Source of the DNA: Bacillota bacterium
Lineage (GTDB): Bacteria; Gemmatimonadota; Gemmatimonadetes; Gemmatimonadales; GWC2-71-9
Direction: 5' to 3'
Length of the DNA: 63,186 nucleotides
Assembly: GCA_050257015.1 (NCBI GenBank)
Contig: JBLMWC010000108.1
Location: 1-63,186, forward strand
Position numbers and translations under genes: made by a program. The stretch's first letter is position 1, and each line of letters opens with the position of its first letter. The notes beneath the pieces are model-generated. The model made no database searches and was not told the origin of the DNA. It was given only the letters and a program-made list of their open reading frames with translations. This document shows, piece by piece, positions 10,242 through 19,382 of this stretch.

Positions 10242-10314
10242 TCCCGAGTAGCTCAGCTGGTAGAGCAGGTGACTGTTAATCACCGGGTCGGGGGTTCGAG
10301 TCCCTCCTCGGGAG
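10242..10314 (+). tRNA. tRNA-Asn (GTT), CCA not encoded
   Basis: Acceptor stem TCCCGAG/CTCGGGA, D-arm TAGCTCAGCTGGTAGAGC, anticodon arm GGTGA-CTGTTAA-TCACC, T-loop GTTCGAGTC. Confidence 0.97.
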
Positions 10315-10347
10315 TTGTTTCCATTCCATCGCAGGCGTGGCTTACGC

Positions 10348-10379
10348 GGGCTCGGCAAGATGTCTTGCCGAGCCCTTTT
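10348..10379 (+). terminator. Rho-independent terminator after tRNA-Asn
   Basis: gggctcggcaaga / tcttgccgagccc stem followed by TTTT. Confidence 0.85.
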
Positions 10380-10587
10380 GTCGGCCACGATCCTCTCATC
10401 CGCAGTTCACAGCTTCTTCAACGACCGGCGCCATCTTGGTCGTGGCTCCCCGTCCCGACTGCACGTCCCGGCTTGCCGCAGTCGACACATGCGATCCGCG
10501 AACCGTCGCGACCGGACCGGGGCTTCCTGGTTCGCGCGTCGGCCAGCCGCTGCCAAGACGCTGGCCAAGCTGAAAGCGATGCCCCAT

Positions 10588-11796
10588 ATGAGCACACTGC
10601 ATGTGATCCGGAACGCCCTTGCGGTGACCGGAATGGCCGCGTTGGTGACGCTTGGAGCCTGCAATGACTACGAGCCGACCGCGCCCACCGGGACGCCGAG
10701 TGTCGGGAGCACGAGCATCTCACCCCTGCTGAGCTCGGCCGATCTCGTGGTGCCGGGCGTCGACGCCGGTGCCTTCACCAACGCCATCGTCGCGGACGAG
10801 AGCGGCTGGACCACGACCGAGTTCTGGGACAACACCTCGAACGACGGCTCGCACTGCAACATCGGGTTCTACGCTCTTGGTACGATCAACCCGGCCTGTC
10901 TGAACGCGGCCCCGGGCTCCTTCGCCAATCGCGGCGGCGGCTACACGAACTACTGGGGTGACGGCCCCGATCACCGGCAGGCCTCCTCATTCATGTTCAG
11001 CGGGAGCTACGGCTTCCTCGTGACGCTCAGGGGCTCGTACGCCCGGGAGTCGAGCGAGCTCGGCTGGTTCACCGTCACCGGCGGCGTCTACAGCTTCCAC
11101 CCGGTTGCGGGCTGGAGCAGCAAGACGATCAACAGCGCCGCCATCATTCACCCGGCCGGCGGCGAGAACTGGGGTCTCTACATCAAGCATGCCGGGCACC
11201 CGGCCGTGCTCACCTGCGCTGTGGGCTACGACTGCTCCGACGCCACGGGGGACATCCACAGCGGCATTCCGCCGGTCCAGCAGTTTGCCCTGATGCGCAA
11301 CGCGGACGGCACGAGGTATCTGGTCGGCATCGAGGACAACGCTGAAGAGACCGTCGCGATCCCCGGTGATGACGATTTCAACGACTTCCTGCTCTCGGTG
11401 GAGCTGATGCCGGTGCCGCAGTTCGTCATCGGCGACGTCGAGGCGCATGACATCGGGGATGTCGTGAACTTCTGGGGCTCGCAGTGGTGGATGCACAACG
11501 GCATGAGCGGCATCGTGAGCAACGGCGTGGCGGCGTTCAAGGGCTACGCGCCGACCGCTGACAACTTCTGCGGCGGCAGCTGGAGCTCGCTGCCGGGCAA
11601 CAGCTCCAATCCGCCCGCGGTGATTCCGGAGAACGTCGCGATCATCGTGACCAGTACGGTGCTCAAGAACGGCCCGGCCATCAGCGGTGATATCGCGCAG
11701 ATCCTGATCGTGCACCAGGACGGCGGCTACGGCCCGAACCCCGGCCATCAGGGAAACGGGACGGTGGTGAGCGTCGCCTGTCCGCTCGAGGATTGA
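10588..11796 (+). CDS. Uncharacterised Gly/Trp/Asn-rich multi-domain lipoprotein (DUF4114-like motif)
   Basis: Signal peptide with LGAC lipobox; VGIED...GDDDFNDFLL motif; several Cys; start 10588 or 10579. Confidence 0.75.
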   Translation: MSTLHVIRNALAVTGMAALVTLGACNDYEPTAPTGTPSVGSTSISPLLSSADLVVPGVDAGAFTNAIVADESGWTTTEFWDNTSNDGSHCNIGFYALGTINPACLNAAPGSFANRGGGYTNYWGDGPDHRQASSFMFSGSYGFLVTLRGSYARESSELGWFTVTGGVYSFHPVAGWSSKTINSAAIIHPAGGENWGLYIKHAGHPAVLTCAVGYDCSDATGDIHSGIPPVQQFALMRNADGTRYLVGIEDNAEETVAIPGDDDFNDFLLSVELMPVPQFVIGDVEAHDIGDVVNFWGSQWWMHNGMSGIVSNGVAAFKGYAPTADNFCGGSWSSLPGNSSNPPAVIPENVAIIVTSTVLKNGPAISGDIAQILIVHQDGGYGPNPGHQGNGTVVSVACPLED

Positions 11797-11812
11797 GCAT
11801 CGGCAAGGCAGG

Positions 11813-11846
11813 AAAGCAGCCCCCGCGAGGCGACTCGCGGGGGCTG
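11813..11846. terminator. Hairpin terminator between convergent genes
   Basis: cagcccccgcgag-GCGA-ctcgcgggggctg (GNRA loop); short T run on the minus strand. Confidence 0.75.
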
Positions 11847-11853
11847 TCGCGCG

Positions 11854-12621
11854 TCAGGGCGTTCGCCGGATGAAGAGGCTCATGAGGAACAGCGCTGCCG
11901 CGACGCAGATGATCACCGGCCCGGTCGCCCGGCCGAGCAGGCCGGCGATGATCGTGCCGGCCACTGTCGCCGTGACCGCGGCGGCGACCGACACCCCCAT
12001 CATGCCGCGGAGCGTTCGGGCCACGCGCTTCGCGGTGGCGGCCGGTATGATGATCAGCGAGCCCATGAGGAGCACGCCCAGGTAGCGCAGCCCGAGCGCG
12101 ACCGTGAGGGCGAAGATCTCGAGGAACAGGAGATTGAGGCGGGCGACGTTGATGCCGGCGGTCCGGCCGATCTCGGGTGACAGCAGCGTGAGCACGAGCG
12201 CGCTTCGCCGTGTGAGGATGAAGACGGTTACGACCGCAGCGGCGGCGAGGCCGAACACAGTCTCGAGCGGCGACAGCGCTCCCGGGCCGCCGAAAAGCGC
12301 TTCGATCAGCTCGTCTCCGGAGCTCATGAGACTGCCCAGCGCGAGCGCGGCGGAGAACACGACGCCGATGATCGTCTCGGTCGCGAGCCTCGTCCGGCGC
12401 TCGAGCCCCCAGACGAGAAGCGCGCCGAAGAACAGCATCGCCGCGGCGCCGAGGAGCGGGTGCAGGCCGAGCGCGAGCGCTACGCCGATGCCCGGCAGCG
12501 CCACGTGCGACAGGGCGTCGGACGCGAGCGCCATGCGGCGCATGACGACGAAGCAGCCGACCAGGCCGGCGGCGACCGCCATGGCGACCGGCAGCGCCAG
12601 CGCGGCCACGTCACTCGTCAT
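11854..12621 (-). CDS. Metal (Zn/Mn) ABC transporter permease, ZnuB-like
   Basis: DALSHVALPG, GVLLMGSLIIIPAA; multiple TM segments; start 12621 or 12627. Confidence 0.9.
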   Translation of the reverse strand: MTSDVAALALPVAMAVAAGLVGCFVVMRRMALASDALSHVALPGIGVALALGLHPLLGAAAMLFFGALLVWGLERRTRLATETIIGVVFSAALALGSLMSSGDELIEALFGGPGALSPLETVFGLAAAAVVTVFILTRRSALVLTLLSPEIGRTAGINVARLNLLFLEIFALTVALGLRYLGVLLMGSLIIIPAATAKRVARTLRGMMGVSVAAAVTATVAGTIIAGLLGRATGPVIICVAAALFLMSLFIRRTP

Positions 12622-13327
12622 GGACATGGTACGCCACCGGTGCGCCGTAGATCTCGCCGAGCAGATCGGGAGTGAGGACGGCCTTCGGCGGACCGAAGTG
12701 CGCTCGCGGGTACGACAGGCAGAGGACGTTCTCCGCGTACCGGTACACCACGCTGAGCTCGTGCGAGATGACCAGCACGGTGAGCCCGCGCTCATGCTGG
12801 AGCCGGTGGATGAGCTCGTTGAGGTGCTCCTGTCCCGGTGCATCGATCCCGGCCGTCGGCTCGTCGAGGAGGAGGACGGTGGGCCGGCCGATGAGGGCGA
12901 GGGCCACGAGGAGCCGTTGGAACTGGCCGCCCGACAGCGCCCCGATCGGCCGTGCCACCTCGTCGCCCAGCCCGACGTTCCGCGCCGCCGCCAGCGCGTC
13001 CTCGGCGCTCCGGGTGACTGACAGCTTGGCGGACAGCAGGTCGAGCCCGGTGAGCGGGAGGTCACGCTCGAGGTCGAGCTTCTGCGGGACGTAGCCGATC
13101 CGGGTGCCGGCGGCCCAGTGGATCCGGCCCCGGACCGGCAACGCCCCGATCAGCGCCTTGAAGAGCACCGTCTTGCCCGAGCCATTGGGCCCGATGATGG
13201 CGGTCCAGGAGCCGCGCCCGATCGTGAAGGACAGGTCGCGGATGATGTCGGACCGGCCGAACCCTACCGACAGGCCCTCCACCGCGAGCGCGGGCGCCGC
13301 GTCCGTCGTGCCGGCAGGCGTCGTCAT
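12611..13327 (-). CDS. Metal ABC transporter ATP-binding protein, ZnuC-like
   Basis: GPNGSGKT, IGYVPQ, LSGGQFQR, LLLDEPT, ISHE; GGAGG RBS before ATG 13327. Confidence 0.92.
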   Translation of the reverse strand: MTTPAGTTDAAPALAVEGLSVGFGRSDIIRDLSFTIGRGSWTAIIGPNGSGKTVLFKALIGALPVRGRIHWAAGTRIGYVPQKLDLERDLPLTGLDLLSAKLSVTRSAEDALAAARNVGLGDEVARPIGALSGGQFQRLLVALALIGRPTVLLLDEPTAGIDAPGQEHLNELIHRLQHERGLTVLVISHELSVVYRYAENVLCLSYPRAHFGPPKAVLTPDLLGEIYGAPVAYHVHDE

Positions 13328-13384
13328 GCGAACCTCCGGTAGAACCATCGGCTAATCCGCTCTGTGGTCCCGATCAGGATGGAC

Positions 13385-14047
13385 TCAGCCCCGGCCACCG
13401 CCCGGACCCGAGGCCAGCTCGATCGCCCGCCACATGTACCAGCTGCCGACCGTCCGGAACGGTCGCCAGCACTCCGCGTGCGCCGCGAGCTCCTTCGGCG
13501 TCGGCATCCGGTCCATGCCATACGCCAGGGAGAATCCCTTCCGCACGCCGAGGTCCCCGACCGGCAGTACGTCCGGCCGGCCCAGGCGGAAGATGAGGAG
13601 CATCTCGACGGTCCAGACACCGATGCCGCGGACGGTGGTGAGCCGTTCGATGATCTCCTCATCCGGCATCCGGCGCACGCGGGCCAGCGTCGGGACCGTG
13701 CCGTCGACGGTGTGGCGGGCCAGGTCCTTGAGAGCGGCGGTCTTCGCGCCGGAAAGGCCGGCGGAGCGCAGGCGCGCCTCGGGCGCGTCGAGAATGTCCT
13801 GCGGGGTCGGGAACCGCTTGGGCAGGAAGAGACGCCGCGTGCGCTCGAGGATCGTCGCGGCCGCCTTTCCCGAGAGCTGCTGGTAGACGATCGACTCGAC
13901 CAGCGCGCCGAAGAGGCTCTGCGTGGCGCGGGGCCGGAGCTGGAAGGGGACGGACCGGCGCATGATGGCGCCGAGCACCGGATCGGCTCGACGCAGGTGG
14001 CGCTTGGCCGCGGCGGGATCGTACTGCAGCGACGGAGCAGCGGGCAC
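13385..14047 (-). CDS. DNA-3-methyladenine glycosylase II (AlkA/HhH-GPD family)
   Basis: IVYQQLS, GIGVWT HhH motif, DVLPVGDLG, WRPFRT; GAGGAG RBS before GTG 14047. Confidence 0.9.
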   Translation of the reverse strand: MPAAPSLQYDPAAAKRHLRRADPVLGAIMRRSVPFQLRPRATQSLFGALVESIVYQQLSGKAAATILERTRRLFLPKRFPTPQDILDAPEARLRSAGLSGAKTAALKDLARHTVDGTVPTLARVRRMPDEEIIERLTTVRGIGVWTVEMLLIFRLGRPDVLPVGDLGVRKGFSLAYGMDRMPTPKELAAHAECWRPFRTVGSWYMWRAIELASGPGGGRG

Positions 14048-14099
14048 GGCATCTCCTCGGAGTGTGCCTCGCGAGTCGGCCGCGGATACCTTTCCGCGC

Positions 14100-15488
14100 A
14101 TGACTCCCGAGGAATTTCGCCACCACGCCCACCAGCTGGTGGACTGGATGGCCGACTACCTGCGCGACGTCGGCGAGCGGCGCATCGTGCCCGAGATGCA
14201 GCCGGGCGACGTGCGGCGGTCGCTTCCGGTAACGCCCCCCGCCACGGGGGAACCGTTCGAGCGGATCGCAGCGGACTTCCGTGACGTCATCGTGCCGGGG
14301 ATGACGCACTGGAACCACCCGGGGTGGTTCGCCTACTTCCCCGCCAATCACAGTCCCCCGTCGATCCTCGCCGAGATGCTCACGGCGACCCTCGGCGCAC
14401 AGTGCATGTCGTGGCAGACATCGCCCGCCGCAACCGAGCTCGAGCAGGTCATGATGGAATGGCTGCGCGGCATGCTCGGCCTGCCGGACGGATTCACCGG
14501 CGTCATCCAGGATACCGCCTCCACTGCCACACTGGTCGCGTTGCTCACCGCGCGGGAGCGCGCCGGCGGCGATCCGGGCCGGATGACGGTCTACGCGTCG
14601 ACCGAAGCACACTCGTCCGTGCCGAAGGGCGTGAAGCTGGCCGGCATCGGAGTCGAGCGTCTCAGGACGATTCCGGCCGATGCCGCGTTCGCGATGCGGC
14701 CCGACCTGCTGGAGCAGGCGGTTGCCACCGATCTCGCGGCCGGCCTCGCGCCGATATGCGTGGTGGCGACGGCGGGGACCACGTCGTCCACCGGCGTCGA
14801 TCCGCTCCGCGCCATCGGCGAGATCTGCCGCCGGCACGGCATCTGGCTGCACGTGGACGCCGCCTACGCCGGCGCCTCCGCGATCCTGCCCGAGCGCCGC
14901 GCGCTCTTCGACGGTGTCGAGCTGGCCGACAGCTTCGTGTTCAACCCGCACAAGTGGCTGCTGACGAACTTCGACTGCTCCGCGTACTTCGTACGGGACG
15001 TCCCCGCGCTGCTTCGAACCTTCGCCGCCAGTCCCGCCTACCTCCAGACCGTGCATGATCCGGAGGTGGTGAACTTCCGCGACTGGGGGATCCAGCTCGG
15101 TCGCCGGTTCCGCGCGCTCAAGCTCTGGTTCGTGATTCGAAGTTACGGCGTGGAGGGCCTCCGGGCGATGCTGCGGCGCCACATTTCGCTGGCGGCGGAG
15201 TTCCGCTCCTGGATCGAGGCGGTGCCGGGATTCGTCGTCCCGGCGCCGTCGCCCTTCGGCCTCGTCTGCTTCCGCCACGAGCCGGCCGGGCTTCGGGCCG
15301 ACGGGTCGTCACTCGATGTCTGGAACCGCGAGCTGCTCGAGCGCGTCAACGCCGCAGGCGATGTCTACCTGACTCACACGGTGCTCGGCGGCCGGTACAC
15401 GCTCCGGCTCGCGGTCGGTCAGTGGCAGACGGAGCGCGCCGATGTCCTGAGAGCCTGGGAGCGGATCCGGGCCGCCGCCACGCGCTGA
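14100..15488 (+). CDS. Group II PLP-dependent decarboxylase (aromatic-L-amino-acid decarboxylase-like)
   Basis: PGMTHWNHP, SPAATELE, HVDAAYAG, FNPHKW (PLP Lys), GRRFRALKLW. Confidence 0.9.
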   Translation: MTPEEFRHHAHQLVDWMADYLRDVGERRIVPEMQPGDVRRSLPVTPPATGEPFERIAADFRDVIVPGMTHWNHPGWFAYFPANHSPPSILAEMLTATLGAQCMSWQTSPAATELEQVMMEWLRGMLGLPDGFTGVIQDTASTATLVALLTARERAGGDPGRMTVYASTEAHSSVPKGVKLAGIGVERLRTIPADAAFAMRPDLLEQAVATDLAAGLAPICVVATAGTTSSTGVDPLRAIGEICRRHGIWLHVDAAYAGASAILPERRALFDGVELADSFVFNPHKWLLTNFDCSAYFVRDVPALLRTFAASPAYLQTVHDPEVVNFRDWGIQLGRRFRALKLWFVIRSYGVEGLRAMLRRHISLAAEFRSWIEAVPGFVVPAPSPFGLVCFRHEPAGLRADGSSLDVWNRELLERVNAAGDVYLTHTVLGGRYTLRLAVGQWQTERADVLRAWERIRAAATR

Positions 15489-15498
15489 CGCCTCCCGA

Positions 15499-18288
15499 TC
15501 AGCCCGCCGCCGCCACCAGGCCGAGGACCGGCGCGAGGAAGCGGCCGGTATGCGAGCCCGGCGTGGCGGCGACCGTCTCCGGCGTTCCCTGAACCACCAC
15601 CTGGCCTCCCGCATCCCCCGCCTCGGGGCCAAGGTCGATCACCCAGTCGGCCCGCTTGATGACGTCGAGATGGTGCTCGATCACGACGACGGTGTTCCCG
15701 GCGTCGACCAGCCGGTCGAGCACCTGGATGAGCACGCGGACGTCGTCGAGGTGAAGTCCCGTCGTCGGCTCGTCGAGGATGTAGAGCTTCCGGCCGTCTC
15801 GCTTCCCGGCGGCCGCGAGCTCGCGCGCGATCTTGAGGCGCTGAGCCTCGCCGCCAGAGAGGGTCGTGGCCGGCTGACCGAGTCGCAGGTAGCCGAGCCC
15901 GACCTGCTGGAGATGCCAGAGCGCGGTGCCGAGCTTCGGCTGGTGCCGGAAGCGCGCGATCGCCTCGTCCACCGTCCACTGGAGGACGTCGTGGATCGAG
16001 TAGCCGTGGATCCGCACGTCCAGCACCTCTCGCTTGTACCGTGTGCCGCCGCAGACCTCGCAGGGGACGAAGACGTCGGCCAGGAAGACCATCTCGACCT
16101 GCACGTACCCCGCGCCCTCGCACTCCTCGCAGCGTCCACCGGCCAGGTTGAACGAGAAGGTGGCCGCGGTGTACTTCCGCTGCCGCGCGAGCGGCTGCTC
16201 GGCGAACAGCTCGCGGATCTCGTCGAACGCCTTGACGTACGTCACCGGATTGGAGCGCGGCGAGCGGCCGATCGGCGACTGGTCCACCAGCAGCACATCC
16301 TGGAGGAACTCCCAGCCGCTGAGGGTGCGGACGGTGCCGACCGGCTCGCCCAGGTGGGATTTGGCCGAGTGCCCGCCGTGGAGCCGCGCCTCGAGGTTGC
16401 GGTAGAGGACGTCGTAGATCAGCGAGCTCTTCCCCGAGCCGGAGACGCCGGTGATCGCGGTGAGCGTTCCCGTCGGGATATCGGCGTCGACGTCGTGGAG
16501 ATTGTGGAGCGTCGCGCCGCGGATCTTGAGCCAGTGCGGCCCGGCAGGGCGCCGCTCGGCGGGGACGCCGATCCGCTTCTGGCCGGTCAGATACTGGCCG
16601 GTCAGCGAGTCGAGCGCCGCCGACAGCGGGCCGGCGTGCACCACCTGGCCGCCATGCTCACCCGAGCCGGGCCCGAGCTCGAGCATGAAATCGGCCTGCT
16701 CGATCGCTGCGAGGTCATGCTCCACGACGATGACGGTGTTGCCGGCGTCGCGCAGGCGGCGGAGCAGGGCGAGCAGGCGGTCGGTGTCGCGCGGATGCAA
16801 TCCGATCGACGGCTCGTCGAGGACGTACAGGGTATCCACCAGGCGCGAGCCGAGCGCGTTCGAGAGGGCGATGCGCTGCGCCTCGCCACCCGACAGCGAG
16901 CGGGTCTGCCGATCGAGACTGAGGTAGCCGAGTCCGACGTCGCGGAGATATTCGACCCGTGACTCCAGCTGCTCGACGATCGGCTGGGCGATGCGGCGCT
17001 CGTACTCGCTCAGCGGGAGACCGTGCAGCCAGTCGTGCACGCCGTCGATCGGGAGCGCGGCAATGTCGGCGATACGGTCGTCACCGACGCGGACTGCCAG
17101 CGCGCTCGGGTTGAGCCGGGTCCCGCCGCATGCCTCACAGGTCCGCGCGAGCTGATACTGCCGAAGGAAGACGCGGATGTACTGCTTGTACCGCTTCTCC
17201 TCCAGATCCTTGAGGAACGGGAAGATCCCGACGTAGCGTCCCTTGCGGCCGTGGAGCAGCTCCTGCCGGACTCCGGCCTTGAGTCGGCTCCACGGCCGGT
17301 CGACGTCGGCGCCGAGACTCCGCGCGGTGTCGAGGAGGAGCCGGCGGCGCGTCTCGTACCGCGGCTTGGTCCAGGGATCGATCGCGCCGTCGGCGAGGCT
17401 GCGCTCGGGGTCGGGCACGATCAGCGACTCGTCGTACTCCAGCGTCGCGCCGAAGCCGTTGCAGGCGGGGCAGGCGCCCCGGGGGTTGTTGAACGAGAAG
17501 AGATTGGGCGTCACGACGGGGGCCGGCGTATCGCAGACGCTGCAGGCCGGGAATTCGGTGAACCGGAGCCGGCCGTTGTCGAGGACGGCGAGGGCGATCC
17601 CTTCGCCCTCCTGAAACGCGGTGGACACCGCTTCCGCGATGCGCGTGGCCGAGCCGGCGGTGGCCGTCAGCCGGTCCACCACGACGAGGAGCTCGGCCGA
17701 CGCGGTCAGGTCGATCCCCTCGGGCAGCTCGTCGAGGTGACAGGCGGTGCCGTCGGCGAGGAGGCGAACGAAGCCCATCGCGCGGAGGTTCTCCACGATC
17801 GCGGCGTGGGTGTGACGGGCGGACGGCGGGAGCGGGAAGGCGATCTGCAGCCTCCCCTCGAGCTGACGCAGGATGTCGTCGGTGGCCGACTGCGGCGTAT
17901 CGCGGCGGACGACGGCGCCGCAGACGCGGCAGTAGCTCCGCCCGAGCCGGGCCCAGAAGAGCCGGAGATAGTCGTACACCTCGGTCGCGGTACCGACGGT
18001 GGAGCGGCTCGACATCGTGGGGTTCCGCTGCTCGATGGCGACAGCGGGCGCGAGTCCCTCGATCCGGTCCACCTGCGGCTTGGGCATCCGGTCGAGGAAC
18101 TGCTTGGCGTACGTCGAGAGGGACTCGATGTAGCGGCGCTGGCCCTCGGCATAGATCGTGTCGAACGCCAGCGTGCTCTTGCCGGAGCCGGACGGGCCGG
18201 TGACGACGATGAGGGACCGGTGCGGAAGATCTACGGTGACGCCCTTCAGGTTGTTCTGGCGGGCGTTGACGATGCGAATGACGGACAC
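15499..18288 (-). CDS. uvrA: Excinuclease ABC subunit A
   Basis: ARQNNLK, GPSGSGKS, AEGQRRY, two LSGGEAQR signatures, Zn fingers, second Walker A GVSGSGKS; GTG start 18288. Confidence 0.95.
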   Translation of the reverse strand: MSVIRIVNARQNNLKGVTVDLPHRSLIVVTGPSGSGKSTLAFDTIYAEGQRRYIESLSTYAKQFLDRMPKPQVDRIEGLAPAVAIEQRNPTMSSRSTVGTATEVYDYLRLFWARLGRSYCRVCGAVVRRDTPQSATDDILRQLEGRLQIAFPLPPSARHTHAAIVENLRAMGFVRLLADGTACHLDELPEGIDLTASAELLVVVDRLTATAGSATRIAEAVSTAFQEGEGIALAVLDNGRLRFTEFPACSVCDTPAPVVTPNLFSFNNPRGACPACNGFGATLEYDESLIVPDPERSLADGAIDPWTKPRYETRRRLLLDTARSLGADVDRPWSRLKAGVRQELLHGRKGRYVGIFPFLKDLEEKRYKQYIRVFLRQYQLARTCEACGGTRLNPSALAVRVGDDRIADIAALPIDGVHDWLHGLPLSEYERRIAQPIVEQLESRVEYLRDVGLGYLSLDRQTRSLSGGEAQRIALSNALGSRLVDTLYVLDEPSIGLHPRDTDRLLALLRRLRDAGNTVIVVEHDLAAIEQADFMLELGPGSGEHGGQVVHAGPLSAALDSLTGQYLTGQKRIGVPAERRPAGPHWLKIRGATLHNLHDVDADIPTGTLTAITGVSGSGKSSLIYDVLYRNLEARLHGGHSAKSHLGEPVGTVRTLSGWEFLQDVLLVDQSPIGRSPRSNPVTYVKAFDEIRELFAEQPLARQRKYTAATFSFNLAGGRCEECEGAGYVQVEMVFLADVFVPCEVCGGTRYKREVLDVRIHGYSIHDVLQWTVDEAIARFRHQPKLGTALWHLQQVGLGYLRLGQPATTLSGGEAQRLKIARELAAAGKRDGRKLYILDEPTTGLHLDDVRVLIQVLDRLVDAGNTVVVIEHHLDVIKRADWVIDLGPEAGDAGGQVVVQGTPETVAATPGSHTGRFLAPVLGLVAAAG

Positions 18289-18316
18289 GCCGGAAAGATG
18301 TACCTTTACCCCCTTC

Positions 18317-19381
18317 ATGGCCAAACTCCTGACGCCGAAGCTGATCCTCCGGGGCTTCGAGATCTTCGTGGTCGCATCCCTGACGGGATTCGCGATCACC
18401 CTGCTCTACGGGAACAACCTGCCGGCCTTCACGTCCGCTCTCGGCCGGCTGCACTGGGGCTGGCTGCTGGTCGGCGTGGGGCTCGCGTCGATGGACTGGT
18501 TCGGCGGCGGAATCCGGCTCTGGGTCGTCGCCCGGGAGGCGTATCCCGATCCGCCGCTCAAGGGCATGATCCTGGCCGGCGGCATGAGCGCCTGGGCGGC
18601 GTACGTGACGCCGCTGCAGTCGGGGGCGGGACCGATGATGATGTACACGATGCGGCGCTACGGCGTGCCGCTGCCGGTGGCGGCGACCTCCACGCTCATG
18701 ACCTTCATCGCCACCGTGGCGTTCTTCGCGATCGCGGGCCCGCTCGCCATCGTGTTCGGCGCGGGCAAGTCGCTCGGCGAGCGCGGCAATGTGCTGGGGC
18801 TCTCCCTCTACGACCTGTTCCTCGGGAGTCTCGGCGTCTTCGCCGGACTCGGGGTACTGCTGGTGATCGTCATCGTCTTCCCCCGCCTGGTCCGCGACCT
18901 GATCCAGCGCCTGGCCGAGCGGCTCGGCCGCCGCAGCCGGCGGGTCTCGGCGGGGCTCGTCCGGCTGAGCGTGGGGCTCGACGAGGCGCACGCGAGCGTC
19001 GTCGCCTTCAACACGCCGCGCGGCTGGCTCGCCCTTCTCTGGGCGACGCTGCTCTCCGCGCCTTCGCACGCCAACAAGCTGCTGGCCGGCTACGTCACCC
19101 TCCGGGTGCTGGGCATCCACGTGCAGTTCGTGGACGTGCTGCTGCTCCAGACGCTGATCACCTTCCTGCTCTACTTCGCGCCGACACCCGGCGCCTCCGG
19201 AATCGCCGAGGTGATGTCGGCCGCGGTGATGTCCATCTACGTTCCCCGCGAGCTCACGCCGATCTACACGCTGATCTGGCGGTTCATCCTGAGCTATTGC
19301 ACGATCGCGTTCGGCTTCTTCGTCTTCTCGGGCTGGGTACGCAAGGGGCTGAAGGGGATCGGCGAGACGGCCGTGGCCTGA
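18317..19381 (+). CDS. Lysylphosphatidylglycerol-synthase TM / UPF0104 flippase-like membrane protein
   Basis: VTPLQSGAGP, PTPGASGIAE, LIWRFILSY motifs; multiple TM helices. Confidence 0.82.
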   Translation: MAKLLTPKLILRGFEIFVVASLTGFAITLLYGNNLPAFTSALGRLHWGWLLVGVGLASMDWFGGGIRLWVVAREAYPDPPLKGMILAGGMSAWAAYVTPLQSGAGPMMMYTMRRYGVPLPVAATSTLMTFIATVAFFAIAGPLAIVFGAGKSLGERGNVLGLSLYDLFLGSLGVFAGLGVLLVIVIVFPRLVRDLIQRLAERLGRRSRRVSAGLVRLSVGLDEAHASVVAFNTPRGWLALLWATLLSAPSHANKLLAGYVTLRVLGIHVQFVDVLLLQTLITFLLYFAPTPGASGIAEVMSAAVMSIYVPRELTPIYTLIWRFILSYCTIAFGFFVFSGWVRKGLKGIGETAVA

Positions 19382-19382
19382 C

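Noticed and set aside
10242-13327. Genomic island integrated at tRNA-Asn
   Set aside because: No integrase, and I did not notice a duplicated tRNA 3' end (attR); at most a single accessory gene
14099-14102. Second shared-CATG divergent start (AlkA-like gene at 14101 versus decarboxylase at 14100)
   Set aside because: The glycosylase more plausibly starts at GTG 14047, which has a GAGGAG RBS
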